Assembly: GCA_051453625.1 (NCBI GenBank)
Contig: JBOZIK010000001.1
Location: 19,061,681-19,125,680, forward strand
Direction of reading: 5' to 3'
DNA: 64,000 nt
From: Welwitschia mirabilis
Lineage: Eukaryota
Made by a program: the position numbers and the translations under genes. Position 1 is the stretch's first letter. Every line of letters starts with the position of its first letter. The notes under the pieces were generated by a model. The model had not been told where the DNA came from and did no database searches. It saw nothing but the letters and a program-made list of their open reading frames with translations. Shown here piece by piece: positions 36,607-49,909 of the stretch.

Positions 36607-39600
36607 ATCTATTAGATTAATTACAAGAAGTATATTATTTTACTAGGATTAATTCAATTTTGGATTACCACCATATTTACAATAAGGGAGAAGACATTCC
36701 CAAGACAACATTCTATATTAGATATAGATATTATGTATTTACTATAATGCCTTTTGGACTTACTAATTCATATATAAATTTCATGAGAGTTATGCATAAT
36801 ATTTTTCATTCATACTTAAACTAATTTTTTATTATTTTTATGGATGACATTTTATTTTTTTTAAATATAGTTATGTATGTCATTTAAAATAAGTTTTATA
36901 GTTATTATAAGAACATATTTTGATGGTGAAATTTAGAAAGTATGGATTATTTAAGAAATGTTTTTATTATTTAGGGCATGTGATATCAAAACATATAAAT
37001 TAAACTAATTTAGGAAAGTGAAGGTAGTGTGTAAATGAATAGAACTATTTTAATTTGATAGAAGTAAAAAGTTTTCTAGGATTAATAGGATTTTATCATC
37101 GATTCATAAAGGATTACTTCAAATTTTCAATAACAATTATAAAATTAACCAATAAAAAGATACCATGCAACAAGAATCATACATCCAAGGTAACATTCAT
37201 ACACACAAGTTCTATATACTATTCATCCTATTTTAGAGATTCTTGAAATGAAAAATGAATTTATAATAGTGATAGATATTTTTGGAGAAGGAATTGGAGT
37301 ATTTTTGACATAGGATGATCAAATACTTGCTTACAAATCTAAAAGCTTAAGAGGAATGCACAAAATTATTTAGTGAATTACTTTGAACAANNNNNNNNNN
37401 NNNNNNNNNNNNNNNNNNNNNNNNNNNNNNNNNNNNNNNNNNNNNNNNNNNNNNNNNNNNNNNNNNNNNNNNNNNNNNNNNNNNNNNNNNNNNNNNNNNN
37501 NNNNNNNNNNNNNNNNNNNNNNNNNNNNNNNNNNNNNNNNNNNNNNNNNNNNNNNNNNNNNNNNNNNNNNNNNNNNNNNNNNNNNNNNNNNNNNNNNNNN
37601 NNNNNNNNNNNNNNNNNNNNNNNNNNNNNNNNNNNNNNNNNNNNNNNNNNNNNNNNNNNNNNNNNNNNNNNNNNNNNNNNNNNNNNNNNNNNNNNNNNNN
37701 NNNNNNNNNNNNNNNNNNNNNNNNNNNNNNNNNNNNNNNNNNNNNNNNNNNNNNNNNNNNNNNNNNNNNNNNNNNNNNNNNNNNNNNNNNNNNNNNNNNN
37801 NNNNNNNNNNNNNNNNNNNNNNNNNNNNNNNNNNNNNNNNNNNNNNNNNNNNNNNNNNNNNNNNNNNNNNNNNNNNNNNNNNNNNNNNNNNNNNNNNNNN
37901 NNNNNNNNNNNNNNNNNNNNNNNNNNNNNNNNNNNNNNNNNNNNNTGAACAAGAGCATTAATATATGCCTTATAATTTTGGAGACATTATCTTCTAGAAG
38001 GAAAACTCTATGTCAAAATAGATCAAAAGAGCTTGGAGTATTTGTAGAAAGAACCACTCTATAATATGAGGCAACAATGGTAGATTAAATTTATGGGAAA
38101 ATATGATTTTGATATCAAATATAACCTTAATAATAAAAATTATGTTACTAATGCACTTAATTGAATTTGTTGCATGCTTGTTTATGTACTAAGTTCATAA
38201 ATGGCAATATAATTTAAATTATAAAAATAATTGATGATGGAAACTTTGAAAAAATTTGGAAGAAGATGAAGGAAGAAAAATATATTGCTTTCTCTGTAAT
38301 AATAAATGGTGAGAACTTGATGTAAAGATGAAGGATATTACATACTAGTAGGACTTTGGTGTAACTAACTCCTAAAAGAAGCACATGAAATAATGTTACT
38401 AGCTAGTTATGAAATCCCAAACAAAGAATTTTATCAAAGGCTACCATGTATGTTAAGAGATTAAGTCAGAATAGCAAAAGATAATTGGTTTTCTAAAACT
38501 TGTGAAAGTCACCACTTAGAAGTGGAAGGAAATTACCATGAATTTTATCATTAGCTTAGCAAAAACTTCTAAACATCATGACATCATTTTCATACTTATG
38601 GATAACATAACAAAGATGATATATTTTATTCCAACTAAGACCATAACAATAATAGAAGAAATTACTTAAAAATTTATTAAAAAATCTTCAAAATTTATAC
38701 TACATTCAAGAGTATTTTTTAAGAACAAGCTCCAATATTCATTTCAGATGTCTAATAAGATTTGCTTAATGCATTAGTAACTCAAGATTGTTTAAGCATA
38801 ATCTTACATCTAGAAATAGATGGCCAAATGATAGCAATAAATTAAATTCTTGAAGATATTTTAAGAAGGTTTGTAGTAGATAAGCCTAGAATATAAGAAG
38901 ATAATGGAAAAATTTACTTATAATCAAGGATACTAAAATTTCATTAGGTATCTTCTTTTGAAGCAATATATGAAATAAAGTATTCATCACTTAAACAGAT
39001 CCAACCCAAATAGAAAAAGATCCAAAAGAAAAATTATTAAAAATATAAGATAACAATAATAAAGCATAAAGATAAATAAATGTACTCAAAGACTAGTATA
39101 AAAAGTATTATTATCTAAAGCATTTCGATCACTTTTGAAAATTGGAGATCAAGTTTTATAATATGTTAAATCAGAAAGAGGATTCTTAAAATTGAAAATG
39201 TACATAAAACCTACTCCTTGATTTTGGGGATTATTTTCTAGTTTTAAGAATTAAAGACTTGAGAGAAAATAAATTAATATAAAACTTTTATAAAAGTATT
39301 AATTAAATAGTCAAAATGTGAAAAGAGTAGTTGCAAAAATGAAGAATTCATGATTCATTCTTACTAAAAACTATTCAAATTAGTGAAAGAACTAGGAGAT
39401 GAAATCACCTCTTTTGTTTGGATATGTAATTTTTTAAAAATTATTTTAATTTAATTATTTGATTATATTATGTATGTAAGAGTATGAAAAAGATGAAGAA
39501 TTTAAAGGATTTATAGATTAAAAAATTTTGAATGGAAGAACAATCATTTGACAACAAATGGTAGTTTTAAGGGAGGGAATATCACACTTATCAATCATTA

Positions 39601-39950
39601 TTTCATGAAGATATTATTCATGAAATGGACATGGCTTTATTATGAATCAAATATATTAGATGTTAGTAAAATGATGTATTTAATTACAAACTTGCATTTA
39701 TTTAATAAAAAGTTGTTACAAATTAATGATCCATTTAAGGGCTATAACCCTCATGGAGAGACAAAATTGTAAATGACTATCCTTGATCAAACTTATAATG
39801 ATGACCTAGTCAAGTATAGTGCATAATAGTAGGTTTTTCTTAATCATTTAAAAACTAGGCCTAGCCAGCTAGACCTAGAATATAGACCCTTATGTCTAAT
39901 TCATTAAATAAGGCTATCCTTTATGATAAAGAATGTTCACAATTACATAG
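36607..39950 (+). mobile_element. Ty3/gypsy chromovirus-type relic, 3' part (RT, RNase H, integrase, PPT, 3' LTR start)
   Basis: LD*LQEVYYFTRI..DYHHI, MPFGLTN, FMDDIL, VKSFLGLIGFYHRFIKD, GEGIGVFLT, KWKEITMNFIISL..DNITKMIYFIP, HLEIDGQ; PPT AAGGGAGGGAA near 39570 then TATCACAC (=TGTCACAC). Confidence 0.88.
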
Positions 39951-41414
39951 ATGATTTTTTTAATCCTTAATAAAGAGAAGTTATTTATTTTCTTAAATAC
40001 TTTCTAAATTATGAATTTTTTATTTTTCTTATTATTTTTATAATTTTATTTGTATTAATATTTTCATATTTAATTCTAATGATGGTACATTGTTTTAATT
40101 ATTATTAGAGTAGAAACAATCCATGAATTATATTCCCAAAAAGAAATTAAGCATAATGATTTCTATTAAGTATTAAAACAAGGGCAAAAACAAGTGCATA
40201 ACATTGAGAGTTCTTTAGGAAAATAGCCATGTTGATATAAAAATGGAAAAGAGAGGATAAAAAAATTCATTTTATTGGTGATTAATAATGGATATTTTGG
40301 TAGTATTCTACATCAGAATTATCACCACATTAGAGGATATGAAAATAGGAGCCATTTTATGAAGGATCTAGGGGATTTGGGAGGATATATTCATTTTTAT
40401 TATCTAGAATTAAGTAATCCATTATACCTGAGTTGTTGTAATAATCATCACATAAAGTCACAATGCATTGAATCAAAGGTAATAAATGCCCTTTTCAGAG
40501 ATGTTTCTTATGATAAAGGTACAAACGTCTTTCTTTAATATTATAAGTACTTGAAGGAAATAATTTAACTCTTTAGGAAGCTAATCTAAGTGGTTTTTTA
40601 AAGGAATCACTTGGAGGTAATTCTTAGATTAGAAAATACCTCCCTAAGGTATTTTGTTGTTGAGCCTTATATTTATCAATCAAGGCTATGATAAAAAAAA
40701 GTCTTATTTTTTTTTAATATGTTTGTGAAGGTTTAATTAAAAATGCAACACTAAAGATATTAAATGATTAGTTGATGATTATACATCATACACTAGTTAC
40801 ATTAAAGATACATCATTATTTATATGAGATGTATCATTAGATTGCTTCATCAAGGGGATGTTACAACTTATTAACTACTTGTTAACATCAACATTTTTAT
40901 CATTTAAATTTGAGGGAGATAATGGTGAATAAACTATTGTGATCATGTGTGGTCTTAGACGTCTCTTCAAAGTACTATTTAATGGGACCATATTATCATG
41001 GGAGTCTCAACATTCATCAAAACAATCATGTAACTACTTAGCATCCTCTATGTGTATTGTATGCAAATTATAGATCTTTAATCATACTCAATCTTTGCAT
41101 ATAATACAACCCTAGAATCTTATGTAATCCCACACATAGTACCACTACATAATACTCAAGTCATAACACTATGATGACTACCTTAAATAAGCCATTTAAG
41201 TAGTGTTTATCTTTAATTACTATGGTTTTTGTCACATTCTAGCTATAATGCTATACTTGAGAATTAATATCTTTCATTTTCCATCTTCTTCTCATTTATA
41301 ACCCACCTCATGTATCATCACTTAAGCTATACATGATATAATGAGAAATTGGCCTTAATTCTAAAATAGTAGCTTTACTTCATACCTATACAATACATCC
41401 AGCCCTTTACATAG

Positions 41415-42734
41415 TGTTGTGGTGTGAATTTATGCAATACGAAAGTCCTTTAGATAAACCTGATGCTAGTATAGACAGGAGTTCACCCGAATGCTATAAT
41501 CCCAATGAAGGCACTAGGCTCAGATTTAGAGAATTGATTTTTAAATGTATTTTACTCTTTTATCTTTTAATAATAGAAAATAAATAAAGTAAATGCAATG
41601 CAATGTAAATGAATATGACATGTAAATGGAAATGGAATAAATTCTATTGATTCCTAATTCTTTTATCACAAGAACTAGCTCTCTATAATTTAGATCAATT
41701 AAGAAGAGTACTTAACTTATTCCTCATCANNNNNNNNNNNNNNNNNNNNNNNNNNNNNNNNNNNNNNNNNNNNNNNNNNNNNNNNNNNNNNNNNNNNNNN
41801 NNNNNNNNNNNNNNNNNNNNNNNNNNNNNNNNNNNNNNNNNNNNNNNNNNNNNNNNNNNNNNNNNNNNNNNNNNNNNNNNNNNNNNNNNNNNNNNNNNNN
41901 NNNNNNNNNNNNNNNNNNNNNNNNNNNNNNNNNNNNNNNNNNNNNNNNNNNNNNNNNNNNNNNNNNNNNNNNNNNNNNNNNNNNNNNNNNNNNNNNNNNN
42001 NNNNNNNNNNNNNNNNNNNNNNNNNNNNNNNNNNNNNNNNNNNNNNNNNNNNNNNNNNNNNNNNNNNNNNNNNNNNNNNNNNNNNNNNNNNNNNNNNNNN
42101 NNNNNNNNNNNNNNNNNNNNNNNNNNNNNNNNNNNNNNNNNNNNNNNNNNNNNNNNNNNNNNNNNNNNNNNNNNNNNNNNNNNNNNNNNNNNNNNNNNNN
42201 NNNNNNNNNNNNNNNNNNNNNNNNNNNNNNNNNNNNNNNNNNNNNNNNNNNNNNNNNNNNNNNNNNNNNNNNNNNNNNNNNNNNNNNNNNNNNNNNNNNN
42301 NNNNNNNNNNNNNNNNNNNNNNNNNNNNNNNNNNNNNNNNNNNNNNNNNNNNNNNNNNNNNNNNNNNNNNNNNNNNNNNNNNNNNNNNNNNNNNNNNNNN
42401 NNNNNNNNNNNNNNNNNNNNNNNNNNNNNNNNNNNNNNNNNNNNNNNNNNNNNNNNNNNNNNNNNNNNNNNNNNNNNNNNNNNNNNNNNNNNNNNNNNNN
42501 NNNNNNNNNNNNNNNNNNNNNNNNNNNNNNNNNNNNNNNNNNNNNNNNNNNNNNNNNNNNNNNNNNNNNNNNNNNNNNNNNNNNGAAATGCCTCTAATTA
42601 TGCCAAGAATTACATGTTTCTGTGATCATTCCATCGACTCTTAATACTCATCAAAATTGCATTAAACCTGTATAAATGTCTTATAAAAACACTCCAAATA
42701 CACCATCAAATTCCTACAAATTGGCATCACAACA
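41415..42734. mobile_element. Solo LTR (or collapsed LTR element) with TSD CATAG
   Basis: CATAG|TGTTGTGGTG ... CATCACAACA|CATAG with inverted termini; the centre is an N gap. Confidence 0.8.
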
Positions 42735-44221
42735 CATAGCAATGTTGTTTTTTTTACAACATGAAACTCTCAAAATTTGAGGCTCAGCACTTAGAACATG
42801 CTAATCAAAATAATAATTACATATTTTTCATTCTTATTTACCATCAACTTAGGGTTAAAGAGTTTCCTCCTCCTCTTCAATTATTTAATTTTTTTTCACC
42901 AATCCTTACCACATTAGGGTTTTATCATTGAATTTTATTATAGTCCACATTTCTCATCCTCATCTTCTAGTACATATTATTCTTTCCACTTCTTTAATTT
43001 TTCTCTTGGCCTGATAAGATTTAAATTTCATGGTATGAACAACAATGTTCATAGCACCACTAGTTACATTTGTTATCTCTTTCTCCATTAATACAATTTT
43101 ACTATGGCGCAATCATTAACTCCCTCTTAAGAGTCTTAAACACAAACCATGTCACATAAATCATGTGCCATAATACAAAATGGTACAGAAGATAAATAGT
43201 ACTACATAGTATCATCTTATATAAGAATGGCATCATTGATGTCATTCTTAATTTATTCATATGTCATGCACATTGTTTATGAGTTTAATTTACATTATTT
43301 TACATAATTCAAGGCTTTCTTCATTCATAAACCATTGATTTCTTGATGGTGTACTCACTATGGTTAGCACATTGTCCTTACACAATTCATAAAATCGCCA
43401 ATAATGACATGGTATTATTAAGTCCATGGCCATCACATAACATATGATGTATGTTATATTATTATCTAATTTATATGATAGGGATCCATTTGACACTTGT
43501 ATCATGGGTTTTGGCTCCTTGATCATGGACTCGACGCTACTTTACTATCATCCATATTGCTTTTATTCATGGATCATGGATCTATCTTATTTTGGATCAT
43601 TCTTTATAGATTACTTCATGTTAGAAAAATTTATTCTACAAAAAGATTATACAAGTTGAAGATTGTTTTGTATTCAACCTCTTCTATTGTCTTCATTGTG
43701 ATACTTTTCTCATTAAAAAATCATGGCTATGAATTTTCTTGAAAATGGCCCTATAAATATCCTTAGGTAATTATGTTATAGTATATGATATTCACTTTTC
43801 ATAATGCTAATATGTCCTCTACCATGTTCTCTTATTATTATCACATTCATTCCCTTTAAAATCATTATCTGCTTTGGTGATATCCATGGTATCCACATCA
43901 CTACAAGAACCTTACCTGATGCTATATTCTTTTACTTTTAGGCCACCTTTGCTTCTCCCACTATTGTATTATTTCTAGGCTCTTCAACACTTTATGTAAG
44001 TGTCAATACCATTGCTTAAATTTTGTCATTTGAAGCTCATATGAGAATTGAATTAGAGGAAGTAGGCCCTGTAAATAGTGAGTATCTCTCTTCTACTTCA
44101 TAAATGCTAAATGTTTATTATTTTATCTTTTCATTCCATTTATACTTAAATTTTTAACTCATTCATTTATTCTATCTTGTAGAGTAAAATTTTGGCTTAC
44201 TTACTATTCACAGTTGAATTA

Positions 44222-47100
44222 TGTTATTTGTTATAGTAGATGAAAAAGTTAATAAAAACTAGGTAAGGACTTAGTATCATTCTTCCATAGGGATATTTAA
44301 GGTAAAATTAATAAATATAACATAAACATTAATAATACTATAACAAAATCAGAATGAAAAATCAAGAGTTGAGATTTTTGGTAAACTTGGATTAATGATG
44401 TAGGAAAATGAATAAGTTTCAAAGGTCTAGCTCAACTTTATCAACAACACTTCTTTATTCCAAAAATATCTTACAATATTCTTGAAACATAAGCTCAAAT
44501 TATCAGGTCATGATGGCTTGGGAAATGGTAAAACAATCTCATTCATCACATGATTTTGGTGAATTCAATAGTCACTTTAATCCTTTATAGCCCTTCATAA
44601 ACATAAAAAGCAAGGATAATTGTACTTAAGATTTATAATATAATAGTGATTATAAATAGTAAGTTAAATTTAGAGAATTCATGCTATATCAAAGGAACTT
44701 GATAATGGAGTTTTACTTAAGAATTAAAAGTACCAGTTATATGAGAAATTGAAGAATGGATAAATACTTTTCATATTAAAAGAAGGAATAGTCTCATCTA
44801 AGAATTAAAATTACTAGTTACATGTACTAGAAATTGAATAATAAACAACTAGTTTTTATATTAAAATAAGCAATAGTATCACCTAAGGATTAAAAGTACG
44901 AGTTATGTGTGCTAGAAATTAAAGAATGACCAACTAATTCTTATAATAAAATAAGGAATAGTCTCAATTAAGGAATAAAAGTACTAGTTATGTGCACTAG
45001 AAAATGAATAATAAATAGCTATACTTGAATTAAATCAAGAAAATACATTGCATCAAAGGAGTAAGATGAAACTAACATAGATACCTGAAACTAGCCTTGG
45101 AATGAGTCTGCTCCAAAGGGAGGTGCATAGAAAGCCATGTTAACCTAACAATACAGGTATTTCCACTATGTTAATCAACCAAATATCCTTTACGATGAGG
45201 GATAAAGGCCCTTTTATAAAAGTATTAGAAACCTTTATGGCTTGTACTGGTTTGTGGCAGTTATAATTAGGGGGGTTATAATTTTGGGTAGTTACATTAG
45301 GAGAGATTACATTTCTCATTATGTATCTCTAAGGAGAATTCTTTATTTTATTGTGTAAGTAGTGTGACATGGTTGTTGTATGATAATGCTATTACCAATG
45401 GATCCTATTATCATGTGTCTTCCATGTCATCTTACTTGTCACTACCACAGGTTGCTGCTACATGTCACTTTATGTCTCCATCACTTGTCATTGAAGTTGA
45501 TGGCTGTTTTTTAATTTAATTTTNNNNNNNNNNNNNNNNNNNNNNNNNNNNNNNNNNNNNNNNNNNNNNNNNNNNNNNNNNNNNNNNNNNNNNNNNNNNN
45601 NNNNNNNNNNNNNNNNNNNNNNNNNNNNNNNNNNNNNNNNNNNNNNNNNNNNNNNNNNNNNNNNNNNNNNNNNNNNNNNNNNNNNNNNNNNNNNNNNNNN
45701 NNNNNNNNNNNNNNNNNNNNNNNNNNNNNNNNNNNNNNNNNNNNNNNNNNNNNNNNNNNNNNNNNNNNNNNNNNNNNNNNNNNNNNNNNNNNNNNNNNNN
45801 NNNNNNNNNNNNNNNNNNNNNNNNNNNNNNNNNNNNNNNNNNNNNNNNNNNNNNNNNNNNNNNNNNNNNNNNNNNNNNNNNNNNNNNNNNNNNNNNNNNN
45901 NNNNNNNNNNNNNNNNNNNNNNNNNNNNNNNNNNNNNNNNNNNNNNNNNNNNNNNNNNNNNNNNNNNNNNNNNNNNNNNNNNNNNNNNNNNNNNNNNNNN
46001 NNNNNNNNNNNNNNNNNNNNNNNNNNNNNNNNNNNNNNNNNNNNNNNNNNNNNNNNNNNNNNNNNNNNNNNNNNNNNNNNNNNNNNNNNNNNNNNNNNNN
46101 NNNNNNNNNNNNNNNNNNNNNNNNNNNNNNNNNNNNNNNNNNNNNNNNNNNNNNNNNNNNNNNNNNNNNNNNNNNNNNNNNNNNNNNNNNNNNNNNNNNN
46201 NNNNNNNNNNNNNNNNNNNNNNNNNNNNNNNNNNNNNNNNNNNNNNNNNNNNNNNNNNNNNNNNNNNNNNNNNNNNNNNNNNNNNNNNNNNNNNNNNNNN
46301 NNNNNNNNNNNNNNNNNNNNNNNNNNNNNNNNNNNNNNNNNNNNNNNNNNNNNNNNNNNNNNNNNNNNNNNNNNNNNNNNNNNNNNNNNNNNNNNNNNNN
46401 NNNNNNNNNNNNNNNNNNNNNNNNNNNNNNNNNNNNNNNNNNNNNNNNNNNNNNNNNNNNNNNNNNAAATTATAATTTTATAAATCATGCTAAAAAGTGT
46501 AAAAGATATAATTTTATGATAAAATGACTATTTTAATATCTTTGCCTATGCTAAATTAATCAAATATACTCACTCTAATTACCAATTTTTTTAATGTAAA
46601 TACATCTCTTAAGTAGACTTTTGCTAGTATCTTAATGGAAAGTTGATAAAAATTATCTAAGAAAAATGTTCAAGTATAAAAATGATATTAATTTTGGGGA
46701 AAAAAAACATTTGATCAATTTTGTGGAATTATGGGAAATAAGGCACCAAAATCAGCAAAATTCATTGAAATATGGCTACCATTATTCCTAACTAAAACTA
46801 AACATTTTCCTTAAGATTTGAAAATATAGCAAAACTTAATACAAATATTTTAAAAACAAGTTAAGATTTTCCAAAAGAGAGTTTTTCATTACATGGCTTT
46901 TCATACTACAACCTAGAAAATCACTTCAATGTGGACACTTCAAATTAGAAAATACTACAATGAAAACACTTTAAACTATCATTTAAAACATTTGAATACA
47001 AAACACTTGAAAATACTATGATGCAACATGTAAAAAAATGTAGTTTTTAAACCCAAAAGATCTTCTATGAGAGACTAATTATTCTAATTTCTCATCCATT
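44222..47100 (-). mobile_element. Athila-like 3' LTR (~44222-46604) plus adjacent internal tail, related to the 30173 element
   Basis: Reverse-complement similarity to LTR 30173-31506 at both ends; Athila-type ACTAGCAAAAGTCTA tail on the minus strand immediately right of 46604. Confidence 0.65.
44700..45020. repeat. ~81-85-bp tandem repeat, 4 copies, inside the LTR
   Basis: TAAGRAWTAAAAK at ~44718, 44799, 44884 and 44969. Confidence 0.8.
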
Positions 47101-49909
47101 TTCTTTTGCTTGCATGATATGTCCTTTTGAAGATTAATAATTTTTTTCATTTTTCCCCATAACTTACCAATCTAAGTCTTATACTCTAGTGGTATGTGCT
47201 TGAAAAATGTTTCATTAGATGAAGAAGAAAGGGAGTGTAAAAGTAAGGAAAGAAGAAAAAGAAGGAGGATGGCAAAATTATCTACTAGGTTTCTTTCCTT
47301 TATAGTAAGTTGTTGGAGGTACATATAGAGTTACATAAGAAGGAATAGAATGAATGGGAAGTGAATCATCGTAAATTTCTTTCTCTTATTGTTATTGTAG
47401 CTCTTCATGCTATTCTTGCTACTAATATAGAATCCAATAAGTATTTCAACACTCTTATACTTGGGTAATCTTATGAGCTATAATAGTTTCTGTTTAAGCT
47501 CTCTTCTAACCTTCACAATCTAATGTTTGATAAAGGTTATTACAAATAACATATAAAATAAGGTAGTGTAAAAGAAGGTTTCTCTTATGTATTATGTGGT
47601 TTATAATGGTTTCAAACAAAAATTTAAATATGTTAAATGACACATATTTCTAGATTATTCTAGCGAGATCTAAATGGCTACTTTAAGCATCAATGACATG
47701 CAATGTAGGTAAGACAGTGTAGATGATAAATGTAAATAAGACAAGCTAGTTTTTGTGTAAAAACTTACATGGTATGACACATTCTTGATTGGGAGCATAC
47801 TCTACATATAAGGTGTAATAATAGTATTCTAAAGTTTTTCCTAATAAAAATATAAGATGATCTAAGTGTTCTACCCCTAAGACTACTTTGAAATCAATTA
47901 AACACATAGAAAATAAAGTGAATTAAATAGATGAATGAATTATCTAGAGGTTCTTATTATCAAATATGGCATTCTTATAAATTTTTTAAGTTGCTTGGAG
48001 TAATAGAATACATAAGCTTTCTTTGGCAGATAATTCCAACCTATGATTTTGATTCTAGTGAGGTTAAATGGAGCAAACATATCTAGAAAGAAGTTAAACA
48101 TTCCTTTCTTAATGAAGAGACCTTGTCTTTCACTTATATTTCTAGAAAAATCAAGAAGAAAAATAGAGAAGTAAAGAGTAATGGCAAAGGGAAAGGAAGA
48201 GAATGTGAGAGATAGGCTAAGTTTGAAAAAATCTAATGAAAAAAAGATTTGAGAAATAATTAATATCAAATAGTTATAGAAAAGTTGAAAAATCATAATA
48301 TTATTAACATACCCTAACTATGTAGAGGACTATAAATTGTTATGAAAGGGTATGAAAAGAGGAACAAGTGCTTATACTAGTTATGATAGATGTGGTGCTA
48401 GTTAGAAAAGGAACAAGTGATTTCATGGAAACATGTAGTGAAGCATGGCATAGATAGAATAATGAACTTACACGAGTAGTGGAAGGGCAAAGAAAAGTGT
48501 GGATTTTTATAGATGCAAGGATAAATTCAGGTTATTAGATCATTTATGTTTATTAATAGTCTAGATGTATTGAATAAGGATTGTGACATGGATTAACAAG
48601 TCTTTGCAAAGAAATCTCAATTGTGTTTAAGGGTGTATTTTCTTTTAGAGAACACCATGGTTAAGAAAAATGCAATTTGGGGAAAAAAACACAAAATCCA
48701 ATGGAAAACAAATTAATCATAAATTCAAAAGACATAAGTCCTAAATTAATGGTTTATTTTATTAGAAATCTTACAAATTTTATTTTTATTTAAATGGATA
48801 ATTGTTATAACCCACATTTTGTAAGCTTTAATTAATAGGGTTTCTAAACTATGTAAAACATTTTGATATCAATTNNNNNNNNNNNNNNNNNNNNNNNNNN
48901 NNNNNNNNNNNNNNNNNNNNNNNNNNNNNNNNNNNNNNNNNNNNNNNNNNNNNNNNNNNNNNNNNNNNNNNNNNTAAATATAGAACACAAACTTGACATC
49001 GATATTGTATGCAAACCAAAAGGGTGTATGGTTAAGTAATAATTGTGTTTTCTAATTATTTAAATCTTATAATATATTAATAGAGTCTAATTAGAATTTG
49101 ATCCTAGGTTCCGTTGTGCATGATAGTTAATAACTATACAAAAAGAAAAAGTATTATGGTTAATTAGAGTAATTAAAGATGGGATGTTACAATAATAATG
49201 TTAAACAAATAAGTATGCTCTATGTAAACTTGTAAAAATCCAAAAATTAGTAAGAAAATCTTCAAGTACATAAGTTAAAGAGTAGTGATACAAATATCTT
49301 CAAAGTACATGTTTTCTTTCTAATTTTTATCTTTTCTTGAATTACATATATTTTTTCTTTAAAGCATGTAAATCAAATTGAGCATCCAATATTATGACAT
49401 CTTCTTCCCACAAAATTAAGCATGTTGTTTCATAAAGAAGTCAATGTTGCATTTCCAGTGAGCATTTATACCCTCGATGCAGTTGATCATGTTACAAATA
49501 GATCATGAGAGCTGTATTGCCAATGAGTGTCTACAGCCCAGATGCAGTTAACTAAACTTGGTTAACTACTCAAAATATAATATGATTTTAGAGAAGAGAT
49601 ATTTTATTTTCTTTTGATTTATACTTATCATATTTAATATTTTTATGCACATGAGAAGGGGCCATTGGTCCATCCTAATTAAGAATTATTTTATTACATA
49701 AAATGCTTTTAAATACAAAACATAATATGAAATTAGATTCCACATTTTTCAACCATATTTTTCAAGTTTAAAGACCTCAAGTGATACTAACCTTAATAAG
49801 ATAACTTAAAAATAAGAAAAATATTTTATTGAAAAATACAAGTAAACTTAAATTCCACCTAAGTTAGACTAATAAGATAATCACTTGTTAATAGTTTATT
49901 TATTAGGGC

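Noticed and set aside
40000-44200. LINE-like (40100-40720) and gypsy gag/protease-like (43200-43550) traces; similar copia-like traces at 47500-48750
   Set aside because: Only isolated weak motifs; probably TE debris but not supportable as defined features
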